Shown piece after piece: positions 51,582 to 64,000 of a stretch of DNA of 64,000 nucleotides. Made by a program: the position numbers and the translations under genes. The notes beneath the pieces are model-generated. The model had not been told where the DNA came from, did not search any database, and worked only from the letters and a program-made list of their open reading frames with translations. The stretch is taken from contig JAWQFM010000002.1 in NCBI GenBank assembly GCA_033442325.1, positions 2,734,639 to 2,798,638 on the forward strand, given 5' to 3'. Numbering within the stretch: position 1 is the first letter of the stretch; the number at the start of each line of letters is the position of its first letter. This DNA is from Salpingoeca rosetta (lineage: Eukaryota > Protista > Choanoflagellata).

Positions 51582-52678
51582 GTGTGTGCGTGTGTGTGTG
51601 CGTGTGTGTGTGTGCGTGAATGTGTGTCTGTGTATGTGTGTATGTGTATGCGCGTGCGTGTGCTTGTATTTTGTGTGAATGTGTGTGCGTGTGAATGCGT
51701 GTGTGCGCGCGCGTGCGTGTTTCGCTTGTTCCTTGAGGATGTGCGTATGTCTTCCATATCTTTTTGGATTGTCCCCATGCCCTGATTCATGGTGTCCGTG
51801 GTGTGCCTCGCTGCTGCCCCCTCTGTGTGCAGGACGAGCACGGGATGATTGTGGCGCCGTACGAGCTGCTGACAGAGCGCGCCGTCGCCCTCCAGCGTCA
51901 GTACCAACAGCAGCGGCAGCAACGACAGCAGCAGCAGCGAGCCGAGCAAGCGGGCGATGCCGTGGCCGATGAGGAGGAAGACATTGAGCTTGACATTGAC
52001 CAGCTGTTCGTGGACGATGGTGGTCCAACCGCGCCCGCAGCCGCAAATGCCGACGGCCCTGCACAGGTGGCGGGCGGTGGAGGCGGCGATGCTGATGGGC
52101 CAGACAGGGTGGAGCTCCTGCTGCAGCAGTGCGGTGTTTCCTTCATGCACTCCAACGCGCGTGTGCTGGGATTGGATGTGCCGCACAACGCGCCCGAAGC
52201 ACCGCGTCAGGCGGACGGCACACACGCAGGCGATGGTGCTGTGGACAAGGCAAAGAAGCGGCGAAGCCTGCCCTCGCTAACGGCAGCGGAAGAGCGACAA
52301 CTGGAACTGGAGACAGCGGTGCAACTCAACCACTTTATGCGGCTCGCAGCCAGGTGTGTGTTTGTTTGCGTGTGTGTGTGGTGTGTTTTGTTTGTTTGTT
52401 TGTTTGTTTGTTTGTTTGTTTGTTTTTTTTTTTTTTTGTTTGTTTGTGTGCACGTGTTTATCTGCGGTCGCTGAGCACGGATCGGTGCTGCACATGTGAC
52501 ATTATCTGTGCTCACCACGACCATTGCTGTTTCCACCCTCCTGCTCATTGCTGCTTTGTTTCTCAGTCACGGGTGCGTGAATCTGTTCGAGTTTGCACTG
52601 CGCGTGCTCTCGAGCAGCGAAGAGGAGAAGGCGGCAATGCTGGACGCGTTCTACGGATCGCCACCAGCGGCGGAGTGA
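45546..52678 (+). CDS. ERCC6L2: ERCC6L2/RAD26L-like SNF2-family helicase
   Basis: Motifs [46 protein letters not shown], and the family-typical RQLYKQQL...RFFEGVQG...GELFG. VIGSSK-like segment [14 protein letters not shown]-terminal [22 protein letters not shown] resembles the ERCC6L2 C-terminal domain. Confidence 0.85.
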
Positions 52679-52963
52679 TGGCGATGACAGTGTGGTGTGG
52701 CATCATGTTGCGTCATGATCCAAGCAACTGTGTGCTGATTTGCCCTTCCAACCCTTGTTTAATCGACACAAACCGATATGAACGAATAAACGAACACACG
52801 ACCAACAAAACGCGCGAATGAATCTGCAAATCCACACACACACGCGCACACACACACACACACAACCACGCGCACACAGATACAGACACAACGCCCCTAA
52901 TCGAAAGAAAATCACACATCAAGCAACAAGTGCATCATCTGGTTGTTGTCAGGCAACCAAAAC

Positions 52964-52999
<36 letters not shown>

Positions 53000-53082
53000 T
53001 GCGCGCGCGTGGTTGGTGGCGGTCCAACACCACCCGACCAGTAGCGAGCAAGCAGTGTCCGTCCAATGTCAAACGGCTCAAA

Positions 53083-55799
53083 TCACCTGGCGCGTGACCG
53101 CTTGCTGCGCCGCTTCCCAGCAGCGATGCGCCGGCGGCTGCGCGTGGGTGGTGCTTCTTCCTCCTCTTCTACTTCTTCCTCCTCCTCTTCGTCATCGTCA
53201 CCAGAGCTTGAGAGCCGCTTTGAGTTGCGCGTGGATCGCCGAGACGACGACCGCTGCTGTTGCCGCCCGCCACGCGACCGCCGCCCGCGCCGCAGCGTCT
53301 CTTCCTCCTCTTCCTCTTCTTCTTCTTCCTCTTCCTCTTCTTCTTCTTCCTCTTCCTCATCTTCGTAGTCGCTGTCATCGTCATTGTCATCTTCCTCCTC
53401 CTCATCGCTCTCCTTGAACTCCGAGTCCTCGCCCTCCTCCTCTTCGCTGTGCGATGCAGACCGCTGCCGCCTCACGCGTCCCTTTGCCCGCCGCCGCGCT
53501 GCCGGGCTCTTCAGCGCCTTTGCAAGCGCCTCCGTGTCCACTTCCTCTTCCTCTTCCTCTTCCTCTTCGTCGTTTTCGTCGCGGGCAGATGCAGATGCGC
53601 GGGACGACGAGCGGGCACGAGTGATGCGGCCTGTGCCGGTTTGGTTGCACGCAGGTGGCGTCGTGTGAGGTTGAAGCACACGGGAGCACACGGGAGCACA
53701 CGGGAGCACACGAGAGCACGCATGGCTTGGTTTAACGCACAAGAAGTGGTCTGGGAAGACAAGAGGAGTAGGTGGGGACAGAGAAAACGCGCAGCAAACG
53801 CACACTAATGCATGCACACGTGCTCGTGCTGTTGTACTTACGCCAGGCAATTGCGTTGTCGAGAATGCGAACGTAGTGATAAATCTGCAGGGCGGGCAGA
53901 AGGGGGGGGGGGGTGGAGGCACAGTGTGAGGGCACGTTGGTGATTGTAACGGCCCTGTCATTGTCATTGTCATTGTCATTGTCATTGTTGTTGTTGTTGT
54001 TGTTCTGTGTTTGTGGCATAGCTTGAAAGGCTTGTGTTGGAAGCATGATGCACAACACGGACGCCATCTCGTTCGCTTCTCACCTGCGAGATGTTTGCGA
54101 CCGTTTGCAACGACTGACACCACCACTCGGCAAACGTGTCGATAATTGGCGGCGTGTACACAGCGGCCTTGTTCTCGTCGGTCGCGGTTGCGCTTGGTGC
54201 GTCGTCTCCGTTCTCCTCAATGTCGTGGTTCTCTTTGCTCTGGTCCATTTCTTCGCCAGTAGCATCCGCAGCAGCAGCAGCAGCAGCAGCAGCGTCAACA
54301 AACGGCAGGTCGTCCAGCCCAAGGCTTTCCACCCATTCGCGCGCACGCTCAAGCTCTGGTAGGCAGTTAAGACATGCAATTGGTGAATATATGCTGCGCA
54401 CGTTGCAGGTGCGCGGGCAAGAGACGCAGAAGCATGTCCACATACACGACACAGACAAAACACAAACAGCACACACACACACACAGAGCGGCAAACACAA
54501 CAGGCAAACAACAAAGGCGGGGAGCGCACCTTCTTGTGCGATGAGCTGCTGGTCTGCGTCGAGCTTGTCTGTGAGGAAGATGAGGACGCCGGCCGCCCGC
54601 GATCGCGCGGAGGATGTGCGCAGCGCTTTGCGCGATGTATTGCGCTCAAGCTCAAGCAGCAGCGACACAAACTCCTGCGCAAGAAAAAGGAGGGGTGATT
54701 GAAAACGGGGGTTGAGCAGATGAAAGTAAAATGAGTGCCGGGGCTTGTCGACGTACACACGAGTGTACCAAGCAAGTATTGAGCGTGCGGGTGTTCAGAC
54801 AAGAAAAACACACAGGTGCGCAAGTCCATGCACTCACCCACCCACGCACACGCACACGCACACGCACGCACACACACACACACACATGAACACACGCGCG
54901 CATAATGACGCACCTTGGGGGCGGTGGCGGCCTCCACTCGCTCGAGCCAGCTGCTCTCCAAATCCTGTGACAGCAGCGCACACATGCATGCATGTGAGTG
55001 CATTTGATTGCAACGGCGTGTGAACAGGGCGGGAGCAAGAGACAGCAAAAGGTGTAGTGGCGTGCTAAGTCTGTGTGGTACCTGGAAGGCGACGAGCATC
55101 ATGTTGCTCTGGGAGAGCTTTTCAAACATGGTCCTGATCTCCTCCCGCAGAATCTCAACCAGAATGGACTCCGGGTCCTGTTTCTGTTTCGGTGGAAACG
55201 GCAGAGGCGAGCATGTACGCGCATACGTGTGTGTGTGTGCGTGTGTGAGTGCATGTGTGTGCATGTGTGTGTGTGCATGTGTATGTGTGTGTGTGTGTGC
55301 GTGTGTGTGTGTATGCAGCCAGGCGGTCGCGTGTAGACACGAAAGTGAGCACGTGTATGCAAGCGCACCACTGTCCGTGTTTCGTACCACTGGCGGAGCC
55401 ATGCCGTAAGGGTAGCACGTCTTTGGCTTGGACAGCGAAAAGTGCTCGTCAATAATGTCCTCATACTGCACAGCAACGAGCAAGGGCACATGGCGGTGAG
55501 GGAAGAGGGTGGTGTGGACGGATACAGAAACAGCCGGGCAAGAGCAACTGCAGAGATGAACTCGACGCAAACCAGAAGCATGCAAGTCGACACACCACAT
55601 GCACACACACGCGTACACACGCGTACACACACGTACACACACGTACACACACACACACGCACACGCACACAGACAGAGGGGGGCAGGGTTACCGATGCAA
55701 GACGGTCCTTGAGGTCCTTCTCGCGATTGCCGCGAACATTCAAACACTGCACGAGTGCGTCCAGCTCCGCCTTGGTTTTGATGATCGCCCACTCCTCGT

Positions 55800-55868
<69 letters not shown>

Positions 55869-56799
55869 TTTACGCGTGAACACATGAGAGCAAAGTCGTG
55901 TTGGCAAGCGAAGAGACAGGGGTGGGAAGCAGTCACACACACGGGAGAGTCTGCACTCGACCGCTTACCGAGTTTGTGCTGGCTCTCCTCTTCGCGCTGC
56001 GTCCGTGTGAGTGAGTGAGTGAGTGAGTGAGTGAGTGAGTGAGTGAGTGAGTGAGTGTGTGTGTGTGAGTGAGAGAGAGAGAGAGAGAGTGTGTGTGTGT
56101 GTGAGTAGGAGCGGACGAAGCGATGAGCGCCATAAAAGGCGAAAATGAAAGATCATGATATCCCGAAGACACAAAACACACAAAACACATACAACACACA
56201 CAAGGCATGCATGCGCAAAGGTACCTTGGCCGCCATGCTCTGTCGCTTCGCACGCTTCTTTGGCTGCGCTTCGCCGCCTGCAGTCAACAGCACATGTGCA
56301 CATGAACAGCGTGAGCGTGATGGGCAAAACAACGTGTTGACATGTGCTGGCATGCATGCAATTCTGCTGGCTTGTGTTCGCGGACCGTTTGCGGTGGTAC
56401 TTGCGAAGAGCTCCGATGGCGCTGGCTCAACAAGGATACCGGGATAGCCCTGCAGCAACCAGTACCGCCTACGGAGACAAGACGGACACGGAACGGGCAA
56501 GTCGGTGTGAGGAGGCAAGTATGTGTGTGTGTGTGTGCGTGTGCGTGTGCATGTGTGTGTGTGTGTGTGTGGTGGTGTGTGCGTGTGCGTGACGAGTGGG
56601 TACCGGGGTGTCTTCAAAAACTAGCCCATTTGTATCTCTGTTTGGCGGCTGTGTCTAGATCTCATAGGGCCCAAAGCGATCTGTGTTGGTCTGGACGGAA
56701 TCGACGGTATGGGACATAGCTTCCCCTTTTAGAGGCACAAAGGGGAGGAATATACACGTGTGTGTGTGTGTGTGTGTGGTGTGTGTGTGTGTGTGTGTG

Positions 56800-56846
<47 letters not shown>

Positions 56847-56961
56847 TGTGTCAACAGAAGTTTGAGTCCATTTAGCAAAGACAAGCCACGGGTGAGCGCC
56901 AAAAGCACATACAGACGCAGACACAGACATAGACACAGACGCACACGCACATGCACGCACG

Positions 56962-57012
<51 letters not shown>

Positions 57013-57834
57013 GAAGAATCTGTCTCTGCCGAGCAGGCGGGAGCGAATGGCGAGTTTTGTGTTGAAGAGATCACGGCGGAACTGTAGCTGCGTCTCGTCG
57101 CGCTCCTGCTTCTCCGACTCCTCCAGCTGCGCCAACTTGAGCACCTCGTCCTCCCGCTGCGACTGTGCACGGGTGTGTCGCTTGACCGGCTTCTCCTTGC
57201 GCTCCGTTTCAAGCTCCTGCCGCGCCCCCTGCAGTGCCTTACGCGTGTCCTTGATGTTTGCAGAAAACCGAAGTTTCTGCGGTCGTGTGTGTTTGTGTGT
57301 TTGGACGCGTGCGCGTGTGCGTGGTTGTGAGTGAGGAGGAATGTGATCTGCTTGGCTCGGCTATCCCGGAAACAACCCTAACAACAACAGCACACACACA
57401 CACATTCGCACAGACAGACAGACAGGCAGACAGACAGACAGACAGACAGACAGACACACACACACACATACGCACAGACACACACACACACATATGCTCC
57501 CTTGATCCCCCGCCAAGGCGGCAGCACTGGCCGCTGCGCACCTCGTGGTGCCACTGTTTGCTGATGTTTGCGGCCTGCTCCGTTGCGTCGCGCAGGAGGT
57601 CGCGGATTCGGTTCGTGTCCAGAACCCGCAGCGAGAGGTAGTCCAGGCAGGCAAGCTTGTCGTCCACGCTGTTTGAAGGCGGTTGGCGATACAAGGCAGG
57701 CCGGACATGGATCGTGAGGGGGAGAGTGGCCGCGGGACAAACGCGGTTGGAATGCATTCGCGCAGAAACAACGCAAGAGTCTGTGCACACTGACGAGGAC
57801 ATGCACAAAATGTGCGGTACACACACGCGACACA

Positions 57835-57867
<33 letters not shown>

Positions 57868-59483
57868 CTGAGGGAGAAGAAGGTGTCCGTTTTGAGATGA
57901 TCGATGACATTGGGATTGTCAAAGTCAGATGCCGACGACGTGAGGTACCACAGCAGTGTGCCAGACACAGAATGGCAATCGTGCGACAGCTCCTGCAAAT
58001 GCGAGCATGTGTTGGATCATGCGCAGAGTTTAAATCATGTAAGCATGCGTGAATGCGTGCGTGCGTGCGTGTGATACGCGGATTGAGGTGAGCGCGGGCT
58101 CACGTAGCCGCACTGCTCACAGGTGAGGGCATTGTTGATGCGTTCACATGTGCACAATCGTGAGAGCGAGGCAGATGCCGTATTTCACCTCGAGCGGGAG
58201 GCCGAGCAGCGTCATGTTGGCCGGTTTGGTGTTGTCGTCCTCAAGCAAGCAGTCCAGAAACAGCAGCAGCAGATCCGTCACTGAACGCAACGCAAAACCC
58301 AAAGCGGTCAGTTGAGTTTGGGGGGGGGGGGTGGAGGCAAGTGGTGGCAGGTGCGAGTGTACAGTGTGAGATGTGAGCTCAAACAGCATCTCAAGAGCAC
58401 ACACGCGCACGCGCGCACACACGCACGCACACACAGAAACACACGCACGCAGACGAAATACATGCGCAGTCACCCGGCGCACCCAAGTCGTTGACGTGGG
58501 AGAGGGCGAGAGACTGTTCGAGGTCACGGAGGTTGAACGCGTATTCAAAGTGCTCACTCTTCTCCAACGCCTCTTCAAATGCTCTGCGCACAAAACAAAG
58601 CATGCATACCAAGGCACGTGAATACGCCGGGAGGGGGAGGGGCAAGGCAGGTCGTTTGTGTGTGTGTGTGAGTGTGTGAGTGTGCGTGTGTGTATGTGTG
58701 TGTGGTTGCGTGTGCGGCTTCGAGACGTACGAAACAGTCTGCATGATGGTGATGGCGCGGAGAAGCTGGTCCTGGGTCAACTTGGTCTTGAAGGACGGCA
58801 GCAGTGGCAGAGCTGTTTGCGTGTGTGTACGTGTGTGTTGGGGGAGGGGGAAAACGGCAGCGATGAGGGTTGAATCATTCAACAGGAGCACAGCAGTACA
58901 AAGCGGAACAATATGGCGAGGGCAGCACTGCAGCACGGCAGTGGTATGATCTTGTTTGATGCAGCAAGAAGCCGTGCAATCAAACTCGTACGTGTGCTGT
59001 CATCCAGTGACAGGTCTTCCTTTGGCTTCCAGTATTCGCGCTCAGCCTGGCGTGTGTGTGTGTGTGCACAGGTGATGAGTGATGAGTGAGTGAGTGAGTG
59101 AGTGTGTGAGAGTGAGTGAGTGAGTGTGTGTGTGTGTGTGTGTGCAGAAGTGATGAACGAGAGAGAGTGTGTGTGTGAGTGAGTGAGTGAGTGAGTGAGT
59201 GAGTGAGTGAGTGAGTGATTATGTGAGTGATTATGTGAGTGAGTCTGGAAGGGAGGAATATAAGAGCGGGCCGCCAGCGCTGCGCGTGAGCAAACGCAAC
59301 ACCTGTTTCTTCTCCTGTTCTTTGCGTCTGGCCTCTTGTCGCCGCTTGATCGTCTCCTCCTTCATCTCCGCAAGCTGCAGCCGCATGAGGAAAGTGTGTG
59401 AGGGAGGGAACAGAAGGGCAGGATGCTGGTGCTTTGCATGACAGAACACAACGATCAGCCAGCTCGTATGTAGAGGCAGGCAT

Positions 59484-59553
<70 letters not shown>

Positions 59554-59714
59554 CAGTTGGTGGCGTCATGTCACACCACATCGCACCTTCTGCGTGCGCA
59601 AAACGTCGAGGCGGTCAAACTCCTTGAGGTATTTCTGTTGGCAGAAGCAGCACCAGCGCATGTGAGCGTTGGAAGCGCCACACACGCACACCATTACCAT
59701 CAGCAAGCAGATGA

Positions 59715-59780
<66 letters not shown>

Positions 59781-60481
59781 ATGACCTTCTGTTCCCGCTT
59801 CTTCATGTCCTTGATTGCGGATTCAAGGTTCTTGCGAAGTGTCGTCGACTTCTTCTTGCATGCCATGTCCTTCATCTGCTCCAGCACCGCCGTCGCCTTG
59901 TTCGCCTCCGGGTCCACCTTGCGTCGCGATTTTTTCGCCTTTGGTGGCGTGGACACGGCAGACGGCCGCAGCAGCTCAATGTCTGCACGCAAGCACATAC
60001 AGTCGCGGTGGGCACGTGGAAGGAGGGGAAGGGGTGACTCAAACACGAAGCCACAAAAGCGGGATGCTTCGATTTGCAAGCAGAAGCGAAACGCACCGCA
60101 GCAAAACGGGGCATACGCGCACACACATACACACAGACACACAAACGTACACACACACACGCACACACCTGTGGGGGAGAGTTTGTCGTGAATTCCGTGC
60201 TTCTTGCGTGTCTTCGCCTGTGCAGACGGTGGCAAACAAAGGGGTGCGTAATGTGAATCCAATGCAGCATCTTTGTCGGCAACAGTGCAGGTACGGGTGT
60301 GAGCAAGCAATCATGCGATAAGACTGCCCACCTCGATGGACCAGATGTCGCTCTTTGGGAGGTACGGGTCAGTCAAGGAGAATGATGCTTGTGTAGAGTA
60401 ACCGTGGATCACGAGAGGCACAGATGATATTCGCACATGCATGCACACACGAAGATGCAAGCAGTGCATGCATTACTAGAG

Positions 60482-60522
<41 letters not shown>

Positions 60523-60586
60523 GCACAGATGATATTCGCACATGCATGCACACACGAAGATGCAAGCAGTGCATGCATTACTAGAG

Positions 60587-60675
<89 letters not shown>

Positions 60676-62211
60676 CACGACGCACACCTTTGTTTCGCCC
60701 GAGTGCTCAAGCTCAACGGTGAAGACCGTGGATTTGATGCTGGCTGCACACACACACACACACACACACGTACACACACGTACACACACGACACGACGCA
60801 CACCTTTGTTTCGCCCGAGTGCTTGGCCAGGTCAACTGGCGACGAGAACGCAGCCAGCGCACTGGGGTCCGACGTGTCGGCGCCGCCCGCCCCAGACAGC
60901 GATGCAAGGATGCCTTTGAAGGCCGCACGATGAAGGCATGCGTGTGTGCGTATGCCATGCGTATGAGTGTGGGTGTGTGGGTGTGTGGGTGTGTGGGTGT
61001 GTGGGTGTGTTTGAAAGAAAGCATGTGTGTGTGCGGGTGTATGTGTGTTTAGGGAAGCGGTTTTGCAGCACAGGGCATGAGCCAAATCCCGAGCGCAGAC
61101 ACGTACACAGACACAGATACACGCACAAACACCTGCACAGAGGCGCGTACTCTGGCCTGTCGAGTCAATGATGGTGCCTTTTCTTTTTCTTCGGCCAACC
61201 ACGAGCTCCACATCCCAGCCAACACGAAACGTGTCCTTGATCTCGTGGAACACCGTGGAGTACAAGGCTTTGAACGTCTTGGCCTTGCGGTGGTGCGCAG
61301 CACGGCACACGGCCGCCTCAAGCCACGCGGGAATGGCCGCAACCTGCTCCTTGTGCTCTTGCTCCGACTGCACAGTTTGCGTGCGTGCGTGCGTGCGTAC
61401 ATGCGTGCGTGTGTGTATGTGTGTGTATGTGTGCGTGTGTTTGAGTGAGTAAGGTTCACAGAGTGAGAAGACAACACCAGCAAGAAAGTGCACCGCACCA
61501 TCGCAGTCATTCATGCAAATACTACAGAGAACCTGTCCACACGCAAACACTGCCCCAACTTGGCAACAACGGTGACTCAAGCATGAACAAGAAAGGGGTC
61601 ACAAACACTGCAGCCACACCAACCTCCAGCGCCTCGTCAAACGAGAGTTCTCCTTTGCCTGTGAAGCTGCATGCCCAGCGAGGTGCAAGCAACTGGAACT
61701 TGCGACTCAAGAAGTCACTGTCACGGGCAACGCAGAGAACGCGACAAGGTTCAAGAGACAACCGCAGTTCATGGTGAGAACAGAGCCTAGCTGGATGTCA
61801 GTTGTGGACAAGCAGGCATCCAATGAGACAGGGAGACAGCATGCGTGTCATGAGGCGTAAACATCAACACCCAAACGTACTCGTAACTCTTGAAGGCTTC
61901 GCCAGTGTCTTTGCAGGGGAACACTTTCTCGGAGTCACTGCACCGCATCCACAACAAAGCAGGCACGTGGCATTAGAACACGCGACCGGAGATGGGGGGG
62001 GGGGAGGTTCAAAGGGCTTACACAGGGCCCAAAAAGGTGCCAAAAGGCAGTTGAGCGCAACCACGCGAACACGTTCACATGTGCACACAAGCACACACAG
62101 ACACACAAGCACACAGACAATCACACAAGTGAGAGCACGGAACAACACCGTGCACGCTTACTTCAGCGTCGGCACGGCCGGCTGAAACTCTTCGCCATCC
62201 AACGTCGGCAT
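53083..62211 (-). CDS. BAZ1A/ACF1/Itc1-like ISWI accessory subunit (WAC, DDT, WHIM/WSD) with an acidic/basic tail
   Basis: WAC: MPTLDGEEF..., VFPCKDTGEAFKSY, RWACSFTGKGELSFDEALESE. DDT-like region near 58300-58800. WHIM1-like DKLACLDYLSLRVLDT. WSD: LLGRDRFFRRYW and LDALVQCLNVRGNREKDLK. Some internal exons are unresolved. Confidence 0.82.
60414..60590. repeat. Exact direct duplication of about 70 bp of unique intron sequence, separated by a (CA)n tract
   Basis: AGAGGCACAGATGATATTCGCAC...CATTACTAGAGAGCA occurs at about 60414 and again at about 60519. Confidence 0.9.
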
Positions 62212-62451
62212 GGTGGTGGTGACCAATAAACACACTGCGCAAGCCACTCAAGGAGGTGTGAGTGAGCTACAGTACTGGTGTATTGTTCGTCGCATCAATG
62301 AGCGCCATCGACAAGCACAGGAGAGTGGAGAGGAGGGCAAAGCACATCAACCACCATCACCATCCACGTCGCACCTTGCTCGCTCGAAAACCGTTTTTGC
62401 GCGCCAACACATCCGCAACAATTGCACAGAGTCGTCAAAACGGCACATGAG

Positions 62452-62603
<152 letters not shown>

Positions 62604-64000
62604 TGACATGCGTTGTGGTCCTTCCTACCTTCCTCATCCTCCTCTCGACTGTATTTGTATGTGCCTTGTGTATGTGGCTCGGGTGAATAGACTATAATAG
62701 GTACTGGCTGCTGATGCGTGAGGCAGTGGGCGACCCCCACCAACCAACCCACGAACGACTACATACTGACGGATGAATGGTGATCGAGCCACTGCATCAC
62801 CCAGACAGAGAGGTGTGTGTGGGTGTGTCGACGTGCGTGTGCTCTTCTCCACCCATCCACACGCCATCATCACCGCCTCCTCATTTTCTTGTGTCTTTGC
62901 TCACATCCTTCCCTTCCCATCCTCAACACCACTATCACCACCACCCTCCACACTTGCTCGTTTCCCCTTCTTTCTTTCTGCTGTCGCCACACAGAGGGCC
63001 CTTGAGCCAGCAGCTGTCATCCCTCCCCCTCCATCAACCACCACTGCTCTGGCGGGATGAACAGACGGGCGCTGTCATGTGATGACCATCCAGCCACGCC
63101 TGTGCGGCTGTGGAAGCAGCAACACCAACAATACACCACAAACAAGCAAGCGAGCGATGAGCAACGTGAGTGCACCACTGCATGTGCATGTGCATGCTGC
63201 GCACCGCACCAGTGTGCGTGTCTGTGATCGTTGTCTCTGCTGCTCCTGTCTCCCCTTGTTGTCCCACATGGATGTGCATGCATGTGTGTGTGGTGCGGCT
63301 GCCTGTTTTGCTTTGCTTGATGCGCTGTCTCATTCGTCGTTCTCACACACAACTGCCTGCACACCTGCACATTCTCCACCTTGCAGCCGCTGCTTATATT
63401 CCCCTCTCTTTCTCGGCCTCCCTGGCGGCCATCACAACAACAGCAGCAGCAGCCAACACACCCTCCACCGCCAATGCAGCAGCAGCAGAGAATACACCAC
63501 CACCACCACTTGCTGCTGAACACATTCCCCAGCCAACCAACCAACCAACCAACCCATCGCCCACTGCTGTGGCGGAAGCTGGCTGTTTGCAGCTGGGAAC
63601 AGGTGGCGACAGCACAAGTTGCATTTTCGGCTGGAAGCAGCAGCAGAGGTGTGAGGGCGAGAAGAAGAAGAGGGGAAACGGAGAAGAGATGTGTGTTGGA
63701 TGGATGGATGGATGGATGGATGGAATGAGGTGGGGTGGGGGATGCTGGGTGAGTGTGGTGTGGTGTGGTGTGGCTGGTGACAGAGGATGATGATGTGTGG
63801 TGGTGTGAGGAAGAGGGATGGATGGATGGATGGGGTGCAGCATGTCTTGTTCCCCTCCCTTCTGTTTTCTGTTTTCTCCCTCTTCCCTTTCTTCTTCACT
63901 GACATGCACGCACACCATCAGCAATGGCAGCAGCAGTGTAGCTGCGCACATATCCATGCTCCCTGTCTCCTCCACTCACTCACATGCTGGTGCTCGCACA

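Noticed and set aside
62690-64000. Possible spliced + strand gene (MVIEPLHHPDRE|RALEPAA...) or other ORFs at the right end
   Set aside because: The frame closes quickly and no domain is recognisable; may be UTR or part of a gene outside the window.

Overview
Gene-dense, intron-rich eukaryotic nuclear DNA with abundant (CA)n/(TG)n microsatellites in its introns. Composition and gene content (SH2 repeats, a WD40-TRP channel) point to a choanoflagellate such as Salpingoeca rosetta; this is an inference, not a search result. I assembled 15 protein-coding genes by walking the exons by eye: VPS39 (5' part), RRM1, a membrane-anchored PhoD-like phosphatase, MECR, PTRHD1, an intronless WD40-TRP-like channel, spastin, RPL38, OPA3, SRP54, a DH-domain RhoGEF without PH, MCEE, a triple-SH2 protein, an ERCC6L2-like SNF2 helicase and a BAZ1A/ACF1-like protein. 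Twelve of them form six head-to-head pairs. I could not support any RNA gene, CRISPR array or intact transposon. The best leads are the WD40-TRP channel, the triple-SH2 protein with repeated intron positions, the GEF with CRIB-like, KEN and PDZ-type motifs, introns with complementary TG/CA ends, and E2F/CHR-like promoter motifs. Most of the supplied short ORFs are microsatellite artefacts. Comparisons with homologues are from memory and need alignment.
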